Origin: Amphiscolops sp. MND2022
Taxonomy: Eukaryota
NCBI GenBank assembly: GCA_964187785.1
Contig: OZ076410.1
Coordinates: forward strand, 38,688,001 to 38,752,000
Length of the DNA stretch: 64,000 bases
Direction: 5' to 3'
The notes under the pieces are model-generated. The model saw only the letters and a program-made list of their open reading frames with translations. It made no database searches and had not been told where the DNA came from. Positions 1 through 12,135 of the stretch are shown here, piece after piece. Numbering within the stretch: position 1 is the stretch's first letter; the number at the start of each line of letters is the position of its first letter. The translations under genes were made by a program, and so were the position numbers.

Positions 1-806
1 TTCTCACTTTCGTTATCACCGTTTTGTTCCATTCTACTGGAACTTGCTACATAACTGTCTACGTGCTGTGATCTCGTATTAACCATACTCTGTTCTTTAT
101 TAAGACTTTTGAGTTTTTAAGTTTATTGTTTAAATTGAAGGAAAAGAATTACAAGTTTGTATGTTAACGATGTAAGCAACACTACGTTAGCTGAAGGTAA
201 ATTGTACTGAAGGTATTTCAACACTTGTTACTTTCTGCACAATGCTGGTCACGCGTCTATGTCACGTGAATGTTTTGACCAATGATATTGCTCTATTGAT
301 TAGGTGATAATTGGTGCGTCCTGCTGGTCGCAACGCAAATGGTCTTTTGTAGGAAATATAGCACCAATATGTTTCTATGGTTACGTGAGTCATCTATCAT
401 CTTGTTAAACCGATACAACTTTAAGATGATGGCGACATATCATCATTGCACGTAATTCTTCAGGTTACTGGTAAAGCTAAATATGGTGGAAGCACTTGTA
501 CACTGAGTATAAATATGATGAATGCACTTGTACGTAGAGTATAATGATTAAATGATGCTAACTTTTATACGTTAACTACACGTTGGGAAAAGAATTGATG
601 ATGATGGGATAAGCCCGTCATTGTTCAGTAGTAATTCATGGTTATTGAAATATCAGACATATTGCATTTAACTGAGTTGTTTAATGTTTAGAATGTTTTT
701 TATCAGTTTCATTGTTGTATTCTTTCTGTATCAACCACTGTCTAAACTTGATGTAGTGGTATTGACAACGTTGTCTCTCGATTTAGTTAATGCTTCCGGC
801 ATGACA
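1..806 (-). repeat. E1 3' LTR (partial)
   Basis: Matches 13990..14794 with about 23 substitutions and 1 indel by manual count (~97%); begins TGTCATGCC on minus strand directly after the PPT. Confidence 0.96.
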
Positions 807-818
807 CTCCCCCTCTTT
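807..818 (-). promoter_or_regulatory. E1 polypurine tract
   Basis: Minus strand AAAGAGGGGGAG abuts TGT start of the 3' LTR. Confidence 0.9.
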
Positions 819-891
819 AAAAGAAAGAATGAATTGCAGGGGTATTCGGGGGGCTGGTAGGGGAGTGGTGTGGTCAATGTAACAGCGTCGA

Positions 892-1613
892 TTATGCTGC
901 AATTGGTATCTGTTTAACGGCGTGAAGAAACACTTCGACAGACGTGGTGATATCAACTGCATTGGTATTGTTCATTCGGTTCAGTGCTGTAACGACAGTG
1001 CTATTCCGTTCTGTAGTGGCAAGCGAGAAGGAACAAATGTGTTCGTGTACTCGGATATCCGCTTCGGTTGAGAGTAAATAGTCGAGTGATGTGGTGATGA
1101 TGGCCACCTCATCCATTCGTGCGCATTGAAGGGAGAGTATTAGTAGGTAATGTAACGGGAAATGAATGAAACGTGGCAGCGTAATCAATCACTCGAGTGA
1201 TCAATGTGGTAGTTCGTGAGTAATCGCGGCTTCGTGCACTAAACAAATTTCTTCTTCGTCGCTGCCAAATACGAGGTTGAAGCACTGACAGTTTAGTTTA
1301 CTGTTATCGTTAGCGTCGATTGGTTGAATGTTTGTATTTTGCAGTCTACCGGGTGGAAACATTGGCATTGATTAAGTCAAGAAAATTTCATGTAAATATC
1401 TAGTTTTAGGGTGTTCAGCTCAACTGTGTGATTTACTATCTGATCGTAATTAATCAGTACTTTGATTGTGAAAACTAGTTGGCGTTCATGTAAGCGGCTT
1501 TTTTCCTCTTGTTTAGGACAATCAGGGCATTGTACAGTAAAATGCAATCTTTTAGAATCGAACTGCGTTGTTCTTTGGAGGTTGTGGTGTAGTAAATTGG
1601 AACTTCGGGCCAC
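892..1613 (-). pseudogene. E1 remnants of a sense-strand ORF just upstream of the PPT (ORFs 892..1188 and 1377..1613), unknown product
   Basis: Same position as the 42815..43792 ORF of E2; sequence similarity to it is weak at best. Confidence 0.3.
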
Positions 1614-1796
1614 TCTGTCTGAGTCCCTTTGAGTTTGATATTATCTTCGGAATTAAATAACGTGGTTGATCAAGTCACGTCATCCATCGGTGAAGATGTT
1701 GAGGCCTGGTAGATCGCATTTTGTATTGTCACAGATTGAATTCTTTGTATTTTACTTTACTTTGCCGTGTGTATTGTCGTGGAAGTTGTATCTTCA

Positions 1797-4700
1797 ATGG
1801 AGTCAGCTGAGGAAGATGTATCCACTGTCGTGTTGGCTGCTGAAGGTGTTTTGGTCGATTTTGCAAACTTGAGTCATTCATCTGGAGAGCAGGGCTTACA
1901 GGCGTCAGCTGAGGAGATGCTAGCAAGAGAGCCGGAATCCGTGTGTTGTCAGTTCGCTCAACGTCTAAATGCTGCCAACATTGAAACTGCTACCTCCCTG
2001 CTGGAAATTGCGTTGTCTCACGAATTTCGTAAGTGACTTCACATTTATAATTTTCATGTGTTGTATCAGCAACGTGTGTGACTCTTCAAGGCAATTGAGT
2101 GTAACATGGTTACTGCGCTGGTTTGAAGGTAGGCCGATGTCGTTAAGTTAAGGACTTCCCGGGAACTATTGCCTTGGGTGGACAGTTTGCCAGTTTGCTC
2201 ACTACTTGCGTATCGTTATTGAGACTAGTATATTTTCTGTTACAGAAGAGCTGAATTTGGTCGACATTGTTGGCGTATTGCGCTGTATGCTCCACCCGGA
2301 TGAGCCGTCATCAGATTCGTCCGCTGTTGGGACGTTTGAAGCCAGTTTGAGGGCTTACCTCGTCTCTCGCAAAGGTAAGTAATCAGTTATCGTAAATTAC
2401 TTGGTGGTTGCTGTAATAATCTATTAATTCCACGAGTGACGTCGTGGGGGGGGGGGGGGTTGGCTGTAAGGTGTCATTAGAGGCTGAGCAGAGCATGCTA
2501 TTTTGATGTAGCCTCGTCATTTGGGTTGATTTGTTTCAGGTGTCCCGGTCAGTGGTTGTCGGTCCCTGAGTGACCTCAGAGCAGCGCTTGGTCAACTGGA
2601 GAAAGAATTGGGTCAGATCGTTAAGGCTACTGTGGAGTCAACGTTGGGCCGTCTCGGTACTGTCGGGGCTATCGCTGTTGACGACTTTGTTGTGCCCCTC
2701 AAGGCGGCACTATGTGATGTAGTTGGTAAAGCGACCATGCAACCCTCTACTGTCATGGAAGATGTGCCTGTGCTGCCAACGTCCGCCAGTCTGGCTCCAC
2801 TAGTGCCTGGGTCAAGTCAGCCAGATGTCTCTGTCTCTAGTCGTCAGGGATCCGTGATGCCTTCGCTCTTTGGTGACGTCCAGTCTGGTGTTCCCTCCAG
2901 TCTACGAACTGCATCTGCTGCTAAGCCTGGTAAGAACTCATAAGATCATGTGAGGGGTTTTAGTTTACAAGCTTTCTAAGACTATGCTCATGTACTAAGA
3001 TCTTTAAGTACCTACTGAATTTTTTTTGAGTTTTGCGGTTGTGTTTTAGTTCGAGCACGGAAAGTTCAAACACTGAATCCCTCGTATCGTATCGAGAGTG
3101 GTCGGGACGTTTGTGGGGTTCCCGCGGCACAAACGTGTTGTGGACGGGTTCGCTAGATGCTTGCGGTGTCGTGTGGATCCCAGCATTGCCGGGCGTGGTC
3201 TCTCGTCGTTGTGGGACCATTGGAAGGGGGTCGAACATACGAGACTCGAGCAGAAGTGCCGTATCATGACCCACAAGCCATTGCTGGACAAATCGTGTCG
3301 TGCTGTCAGTGCGGAAGAAGATCGCCGTATACGTCGTGAACGCATGTCCGAGCCGCCTGTGTATCTGGAGTCAGAGTTAAATTTGACCGTGGACGAAAGA
3401 ATCGCCATAGAGGAAGCCGAAGAAGCTGAGGGGCAACGGCCTCAGTTAGCTGCTGGAAATGTCAACTATCTGTGGTTGAGCAACTTTATCAACAGTTTCG
3501 TGAACGTGGTTTCCTTCGGTGCTGTTTTGCGGCTAGTGGCCTCATGGCGGGACTGTATGGCTGCTGAATTGCGTTTCGAGTGCAGGACTTTGACTTACCC
3601 ACAATGTCAGGTATGTATTTTGTTCAGTGCGGTAATTTTTGTTTTCAATATTTTGTTAGTTATTTGCGTTTTCATCTCAAGCTACCATGTAGTAGTTGTT
3701 ACTACGCAGTTTTCGGTTTTTGTGTTTTCTCTTTTTATTTTGTTTTTGTTTTTGGCTCACGATGTTTACGTGTGGTTGTATTGGGTACACTTTTGTTTTG
3801 CAGAGCTTGGTGTTGTATGGACTATACCCGTACGTTGTGGAACAGCTGGACTCGCTCATAGAGACCAGTACATGTGTCGGTGTCAGTGTGTTTCGCTGTG
3901 GTTCTCGATGGCTCTGTGAATGTCACATCGTCAGTGAGCATAGTGTTCTCTCAGTTGTCATCGCCGAGTCGTTGACAGTGCAGGATGGGAGAAGCAACTG
4001 CTCAGGAATGTCGTTCCCATTCTCGCATGTTTGAAAGGCAGGGATCAGTTGAGCACTGTGGTTGTGGAAGGAGACGCCTTGGTTGGCAAGGCATTGGCCG
4101 CTACAATTGCTCCGAAAACTCCCTTCGTGACTGGAATGGTTACTCAGACGACTGTGTTCGAAGAAATTCGCAGGCAGTTTCTAATCGAGTTCTCTGGTCT
4201 GGATCCGCTGAGTATCCTGGAGTATTTTTGCATTCGCCTGATGTCCGTTGTCCAAGAACGCTTCTTAGATCGATTGCCGCATTTACGAGAAGTAAGTATT
4301 TACTGTGTATAGGGAAGGTTTTTGTTTGTAACTCACTCCTTCTTATGTGGTGGTCTTTTCTTTGAGATTGTGCTCTATACTCTTGTCCTGGGCTTTTGTT
4401 ATGTGAAAGGAGGTGTGCTAGTAATATGTTTTGTTTTGCAGTATGTACGCTATGGAGGAAGTGACGTCGCTCAGTTGGCAAAGGTGTGCACTGAAACAGT
4501 TGAATACTGGAACGATCTAGCTTTGTATTTCGGGACGCATCGACCGAATGTGACTTCAGAGTTGCTGGTGATTACGCCTTTGGAGAAGCAGGTCTTTGAC
4601 GAAGCGATAGTTCGGCCGCGGTTTGCTGTACTCCGCGTGGTGTTGGATCTGAGTTAGTATAGGCTATTCATATCCTACTGAGTCGTATTTGTTTTTTTGT

Positions 4701-6156
4701 TTTTCTTTGAAATTAGGGCTGATAGCTTCGTAACTAGAACTGGGGTTTGACGTTTTGGTTAGTTGGATTGTTCTTTTATAACGGTGATTGACGTCGTTTT
4801 GTTTCAGTGGTGAAGTACTGTACTCGACTTTGTGGGCAAGGACGGGACCGTCGTTTAGTCGTGGAGCGTGAACTTGCGCATTTTATTCGTGGGTTGATGC
4901 AGTTTGTTTACCCGTCATCTGTTATTCCGGCTGCCTACGACGTGACCGCTTTGTTAAAGCCAGTGGATCTCGAATGTGCTGATGTGGATGCGGGTCTTTA
5001 CCGTTTACATTTCGGGCAGTACTTTCGCTTTGATATCAGTACCCAACTGCCTTATTTCTATAAATCAGTTCAAAAGTTGTTGGTTGGGCTGTGTACCGGA
5101 TTGACCCGTATGTGGCAACGAGTGTGTGCTGAGTACTTCAGTCTTACTCCTTTTGACCCTGATCTGATACACAGTGATTCCGACGACCGGCGCACCGACG
5201 CGCTTGTAGAAACCTGTGCTGTTCTGACCGATCGCGGCTTACTTGACTTGGATTACGGAGGAGCAGTGCAGCAGGAGTATATGGAAGTAACGCAATACTT
5301 CAAGAGGCGTTGGTCGGCTTCGCAAGAAGGGGTGCCTGTTGTGGAAGACGTAATTGCTATGTGGATGTCGTACCCGCATTGGGATTGAAAACAGCATTTA
5401 CGGCGCGTAGTGGATGTAGTATTCGGAATCGTTGTGGTGAGTCCTTACGTTGCCGATTTCGTGGACGACTCTCAGACAGCTCTGGATTCAGATACTTTGG
5501 TATCTAGTTTGCACTTCGTGAGGAGCTGGTTCCGTTATTCATTTGCGGGACGGACGCGACGGAATCTTCAAGGGTTGCTGCGCGTTACCGACTCAAGTGA
5601 CATGTTGGAATCGCGTTTATCAGATGTGGTCCGAGCAAAACCTTGGGACTAGTTGCTCAAAGTTGGTTTGGATACAACATTGGCTAGCTGTGAAACTGTT
5701 TTGACTAACGATCAGAACTCAACTGTTGTTCCTGCGGTGGATGATTATCGTTCAAACGTGTTAGCACAGCTCAGTACGTTAGATAAAGAACCTGCCAGTG
5801 CTGCTCGTGGTCCCTCAAGCTCGAAAGGAAAACGTTCTGCTGAGACATCCAAAGCTAAAATGGCCCGTACGCAGTCGGCGGTGAAGCTACAGACTCCTGT
5901 GAGTGCACCTGTGCGTCGTTCTGGTGCTAAGAAAGATTCGTCGCGGGGTCAAGGTTCTTCGACTCGAATTGGCGTCGGACGGAGGACCGGAGGAAAACCG
6001 CGTGGTGCAAAAACTTTGATCCTGTCTACTTGTTCTAGCGGTTCTGTGTCGCACGACGTAAAGCAGTCTGTTGGTAAAGGAAAGAGTGTGACTGATAAGA
6101 AAAATGCTCGACGAGCTGTTCTCGAGTCTTCAGATGGTGTTTCGGATGAGTATTAA
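1797..6156 (+). pseudogene. E1 antisense spliced accessory gene: zinc-finger, hAT-transposase-like protein; exons ~1797-2028, 2246-2374, 2540-2929, 3050-3610, 3804-4291, 4442-4652, 4808-6156
   Basis: Six GT-AG introns (donors GTAAGT, GTAAGT, GTAAGA, GTATGT, GTAAGT, GTTAGT; pyrimidine-rich acceptors). Phases 1,1,1,0,0,1; five junctions join the flanking ORF frames directly, the 2929/3050 junction needs a frameshift near 3105. Second frameshift near 4031; in-frame stops at 5386 and 5650. CLRC-x16-H-x5-H at 3158..3238. Confidence 0.85.
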
Positions 6157-6417
6157 TCTTGAATTAATTTGTCAGTGAACTTGTTTTATGTGATTTTTTT
6201 GTGAACCGTTTGTTTTACTTTAATTGACCGCCTTATTTGATAAGGGTTTTTTGTTCACATGGGTGTATTATTTTCCGTGTTTGGATTGCAGAACAATTTA
6301 CATGTTGATTACGTTAGAATACTTTTTTCTACATGTTGCTTGTAGTTCGTTTAGCTGCATTTGATGGTTTACATTGTTTGGCGACTAAGAAAGCTTGGTT
6401 CTTTCATGAATTTTAAA

Positions 6418-6918
6418 TTACATGTAGTTGTGGTTAGGTATTTGTAGTGAGACTTCATCTTCGCTGATGTGTATCTTTTGTAATGTCCAGCAATGGGAAA
6501 TGGGTTTCCCCATCTCCAATGGCGTTTGATGTGTCTAGACCTTGTTCTTTCTGACGCGAGGTGAAGACTATGAATCATCAGTAAGAACAAAGGCGTCACG
6601 ACTTAATTGTCAGGTAAAGGTGACGACTGCATGTAATTGTCCTTGAGGAAGAGTTTTTTCTTTTCTTCTTCTTTTTTTCTCTAGTTCATTGGGAAGGTTG
6701 TTTGCCGTCGCAAAAACCCATACAAAACTAACACCGAATCCACTTGCTAAAGAGCAAGCTTCATTTGAATGTTTGACCAACCACACAGACGCGCTTTTGA
6801 TGACGCACCCACACAGCCGAACCACATCATGGTTATTCGGGGGGAAGTGTGAAACTAGGTTCTGGAGACGTAACTTAAATGAATCGGCTAATTCTTTTAC
6901 ATTCTCGTTTGTGGGCTG
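6418..6918 (-). pseudogene. E1 additional sense-strand ORF downstream of pol, unknown product
   Basis: 167-codon single frame (QPTNENVKEL...DVVRLCGCVIKSASVWLVKH...VSFVWVFATANNLP...CWTLQKIHISEDEVSLQIPNHNYM) broken by three stops; globular-looking composition. Confidence 0.45.
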
Positions 6919-7599
6919 TTATGTTTGCAAAAGGGACGTACTTTAGTTGCTTCAGAGTTGGTGGTTACGGAATTGCAAATCAATTCCTTTGAAGGCGTGT
7001 GGTTGGAGATTTTCGTGAATTGCATAAATTAGTGGTTCACTTGCACGTGTTTTACATGTACTTAGTAATTTACGGTTAGGTTGATGTGACTGCATTACAT
7101 GTATTTACTTTCGCGCTCAGCTGAGTATCAGTCGTCACTGAATGGTGTAAAGTAAATTGAGTAATTCGATGGCATGGTTGTTATATGTGATGATTTAGAC
7201 TACATTCAGTTAAATGCATGTATTTTTTTTAATGGTAAGAATGACGTGGCATGCGTGGCAGCGTCCGTGTTTCTTTTCGTCCATTCCGCTGGTGGAGTAG
7301 AGTGAAACTTTAAATAACACGTGTGTGGAACTGTGTTACGGATGTCTCGTCTGTCGTTCGTTAGCCGGTTAAGGGGGGAAATTTGCTTCGACCGGTAATT
7401 TTGAAAATTGATGACAGTGAGTGCCAGACGTTATTTGTGGTATCATTCAGTATCGTTTTTCTTCGTGGCTACTTGATTTAATTTGCATGTATGTGTTACA
7501 AGACTCTTGTTTTTTGTGGGGAGATTGTAGAACACTCCCATTTAGTTTTTGCATGTGGTAGTACTTCTCGTGCTGACACGAGGCGAAGCCTACGAGTTG

Positions 7600-10500
7600 T
7601 CAGCAAAAGGAAAAAACGGATGTTATGTTTGCATGAGTTTTAGTTGGGGTTCTGTCTTGCATGAATTTTAGCAAAGCGGGTTTGACTCGGAGTTCGTAGA
7701 CTAAGAAGTCTTGGTAGGTTTTCGGTTGCGGCTCGGTTCGGAGGTTGTACCGTGTTGTGTTGTTACGCGACGTTGTGTCGTTGTGCTCATTGTGAATTGT
7801 CGTGGTATTTTCATTACCAGATTCGTTTGCTCCAGTAGCAGATTCGCTGTTGGTGTCGTGATGAACGACTGAATTGTCAGGAGGTTGCTCACAAGTTTCA
7901 GGTGGGCTTTCAGGAATTGGTTGCAGCAGCGTTTGGTCATCCGATTTCCGTACGTGCTCATAATAGATGACCTCATGTTCATTGTCGATTTCTTCTTGAT
8001 CAATTGTTTCTGGTGCTGGTTCTACGTACAACTGTTGGGGCATGTGGTCATTGAAGAGCGCTTGATCATCGGCCGCATCGGGGTCAGCGAACAAGCGATT
8101 TGAATCTTCTTCAATGTCCGGTATGGGTGCGTTCGGTGTGAAAGGACGTAATCTCATCCTATGCACTCACTGTGTTCGGAAAGTGCCGACTTTCCTGATT
8201 ATGTAGTTAAAATTTGTCAGAACCTTAATTACTTTGAAAGGACCTTCCCATTTGAAGTCATTGAAGCTAATCTTGTCGGACTGTGTTGTGCGTTTGGGAT
8301 AAAGCAGGAATGTGTAGTCGTTGACCTTTAACGGTAATGCTTGGGCTTTACGGTCGTAGTACTTTTTGTACTTGTGGTATGCCTGCAGTATGTTGTCGTT
8401 GACTTGTTGGTACTTTTCGTTCACCTGGTCAACTAATATCGTTATATCAGTTTCCGTGGTTTCACATTTCAGAGGTTTGCCCAATTTGAGGTCTAGTGCG
8501 TTAAACGGAACTCTGCCGTGGAAGACTTCGCTTGGAGTGCACTTGAGTGATTGATGGTAGGTTGTGTTATGAGCCATTACCGCGAGATTAACGTACTTGT
8601 CCCATTGGGGGGAGTCGACGGAAATGTTAATCTTCAGAATCTGTTTCAGTTTTTGGTGGGAACGCTCCACCATCCCAATGGTTTGGGCATGCTTTACAGT
8701 AGCGTGATCGATTTTGATTCCGGCAGTTTTCATTATTTCAGTCATGATGTTGGATGTGAAAGCCGTGCCTTTGTCAGTGATAATTGTCTTTGGGACGTAG
8801 GCGTGTTGGGTGAATATTTGCATGAGTGCTTTCACTACCGATATAGTGTCTGGTTTTCAGATCGGTACGGCGAACAAATACCGCGAGAAGTAGTCCCACG
8901 CCCTCAGGATGTGCGTGTATCCGTTTGAGTTAGGTAGTTCGCCTACCAAATCGATTTCCAGTACGTCTTCCGGACCGTTGCAGGGGTCGTAGATTTTTTT
9001 CTAGAGGAGGCGTTAGTCGTTTCAGATTAACAGGTTTTGCTTTGATGCACTCGATACAGTTACTTACGTACTTTGACACGTGTTCGCTCAGGCTTGGTAT
9101 GTAATAACGCTTGCGGAGTTCTACCAACATTTTTGATGCCCCAGGGTGTCCCTGCATGGGGTCGCCATGCATTGTCCTGATTATGGGCATAGTAGTTTCT
9201 GGAGGTACTACGATTTGTTCGAGTAGAATTCCGCCGGTGTTATCAAAGAAGTTCCTATACAACACTTTGTTGACTACTTCAAGTCTTTTTTTGTTTTTTA
9301 CCAGTTTTTGAACAAAGGAACGAGTAAAGTTAACGTGGTTTGGTAGTGGTTCGTTGTTCGTTAAAATGCGAACCATTTTTTGGGCGTCTTGTTTACTTAA
9401 CTGATCTTGGACGATTTGTGAATCTGCTTGCGGGCATACCTGATTTACTGAGTTGGGGTGGTGACGTCTGGTAAACCTCGTCAGTATGATGGAAGGGGTG
9501 TCTCCTGCCAGAACGGGTTCAAGGTGTCGGCTGATGATCTGAATCATCTTGAGACGTTCGTCGTCATGTGTCTGATGGTTGTTCGCCATTGAGTTTAGCA
9601 AAGTTCGCATCTTTGTGAAATCGTCTGCTGGACCAGTGGTTTCAGGCTGATGTGTAGTGGGTGTCGCTACATCGGGTTGCTGTTGGTCCGGGTCGTAGTC
9701 TTCTTCGTCCTCGTCCTGTTTTGGGGTTTTGGCCGCAACATCTATCTCGATGTGGTGGACTGTGATCTGGTCATTCAATTTCAAGTGAATTCTTTCTTCA
9801 GGATTAATATCGAGTCGGGACAAGTAATCTGCAGCAGGGTTCTCGATTCCAGGGACGTGGGACGTGGGCGAGAACAAAGTCAAATTGAAGTGCTTGGTCT
9901 CAATGGTTCCACAGTTTGGGTGGGATTCGTTTCGACTGGAAAAAGCGGGTCAGACCTTCGTTGTCCGTCATCACAATTGTGGGTTTTTTGACTCCCCACA
10001 GTATGTGAGCAAATTCGTCGAAGGCGAAGTGCATTGCGAGGAATTCTTTAGCATACATGGTCAATGACATTTGACCTTCAGTGAATCGTTGCGAGCCGAA
10101 TGCTACAGGGGTGTACGTCTTCTTCTGTCCATCATTGGCTTCGGTGTAATCTTCAATGAGGAGCACGTACCCTGCTGCGTGTTCGCTCGCATCACACATG
10201 ATGACTAGTTGTTTGTCTGGCAGCGGTAGTCGAAGAGACAGTTTAGCAGCCCGTGCCAGGTTCTGATTGATGTCGAAGATTGCGTCCTTGTGAACCTGTG
10301 TCAGGGCGAACTTGACGTCTTTCTGTAGTACCTTGTACAGAGGTACGAGTTTTTCTGCCAACATCGGTATGTACTGTCTGTAGAATTGTACAAATCCGAT
10401 GTAGCGTTGTAGTGATTTGACTTACGTTGGTGTTTTCAGGTTGTTGAGGAATTTGTCGATCTCGTCCTCAAGTGGTGCCATCCCTTTGGAAGTGATGCTT

Positions 10501-12135
10501 CTACCCAAGAACTCGATCTTTGGGTGGCTAAAGGCGCATTTGGACATCGACAGTTTAGTCCTGCCTTCTGCATCTGCTGGAAAACTGCTTCGATGCTGAT
10601 TATCAGTTCGTCCACATTGTTGGCAGCGATCCCAATGTCGTCGACATATTGGGCACATTTGTCTGCTTTTACTAGTGCATCCAGATACTCGCGAATTGTG
10701 CTGTTGAACGCAGACAAAGACCTATTCAACCCTTGCGCAAGTCGGAGGTAAGCAATGGTTCTGCTACCAAAATTGAATGCCAGAAGTTGTATTGACTGTT
10801 CGTCGGCCATTTGAAGGCAGTGGTAAGCTTGCGAACAGTCGTTACTGGATGGTTGTGTTTGTTGTAGTCGTTTTTGAGGAGGTGGTTGATCCGCCTCAAG
10901 TCGACTAATATCCGAAATTTCCCGTTGGATTTTCGCTGTGCAAATTTTGGGGAGGAATATTTGCTGTATGGTAACGTTGTGATGATCCCGTACTCCTGCA
11001 TCAGTGCGATTTCAACCAGCACGTCATCTTTCAGATTGGTTGGAGTAGGTAGACTCTGTGCGTACACAGGATCATCGTGTTTGGGTGTCAGCTTGATTTT
11101 GAAATCGGTGTTGATGCCGATATCAAGACGATGTCTAGCAAATATCGTGTGGTATTTGACGAGCAGTTCTTCGATTCTCGTTGTTCGTCATCGCATGTCG
11201 GGTTGAGTTTCTCAGCTTCTCGGAGTTTGATGAGTTCGTCGTAGATGCGTCTTTCAATTTTATTTAGCTTGTCAGGATCGTCACATGTTCCGGGCGTCGC
11301 TTACCATCGTTTATCATTTGTTGCACTGGGATCCTGGAACAATTGGTTGATCACGTTGGCTGCTTCATCAGGGATTTTAGTGATCAGCGTCAGTTGCTCG
11401 TTAGTCATTGGCTGGATGTTTCTGGCTTGGTTTGGCGTAGGTCTTTGAAAGACTGCGATTGTGCTGTTCTGGGGTATTGTAACTGCGTGGTCCATGTGGT
11501 TGGTGATTTGGACGTGGGTCTGTTGGTCCTTGATTTCGGACATTGATGGAGACACTAGCAATTCGGTTTTTCGTTCAAAGACTGGGAACGCCTCTATTGT
11601 GCCTGTCACTGTTCCAATAGTCTTGTTTGTTGTAGCAAGCACAAAGATTTGTTGTCCGGACGAGATGGTTGTTTTTTGGGTTGTTCTGAGTTCCAACATC
11701 TGCAGTTTGAATTTCCCATTTGGCGGTTTTAGTTGGAGGGTTATTTCTGGGAATCGCACAATGTTATTTGCAAGGTCCAGCGTATCAGAGTATTTTTAAA
11801 GAATGAAATTCCGATGAGGATGTTTCCCATTGTTGGTAAGATCATGAATGTCTCTTCGAATATTTTTCTTCCAATGAAAAAACGAAGAAGCACCTGTTTT
11901 CTCACCGGAACGATGTTTCCCTTGGCTATTTGAACTTTGAAGTCCGGTGCTGGATATTCCTCTAACTGGGCTGCTGGGTGGGCTTGTAGGATTCGACGTA
12001 GTTCGTTGTCAGACATCGCGCTCCGGATTGCTCCAGTGTCCAGTAGCCCTTGATTTTCGTATTCCTGGAATTGAACAGGAACGTAGAGCATCTTGTTTCT
12101 TCTGTCTAGCTGAAGTGTAGCACTTAATGGTCTAA
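7600..12135 (-). pseudogene. pol: E1 pol: aspartic protease, reverse transcriptase, RNase H, integrase (frameshifted)
   Basis: LLDTGA (11741..12091); QYVDDIG (10436..10810); CDASEHAAGYVL and TDN (9900..10364); ENPAADYLSR, GHPG...C..C (8930..9883); LEIDLVG, TDKGTAF, MVERSH (D,D35E). Confidence 0.96.

Noticed and set aside
2446-2459. G14 run as a regulatory G-quadruplex or second PPT
   Set aside because: Simple homopolymer inside an intron of the antisense gene, on the wrong strand for a PPT, with no counterpart in E2.
3611-3919. Hydrophobic multi-TM-looking tail of ORF 3098..3919 (also 3580..3861 and the start of 3696..4034), suggestive of an envelope protein
   Set aside because: It is read-through of the T-rich intron 3611..3803; the spliced product has no transmembrane segment.
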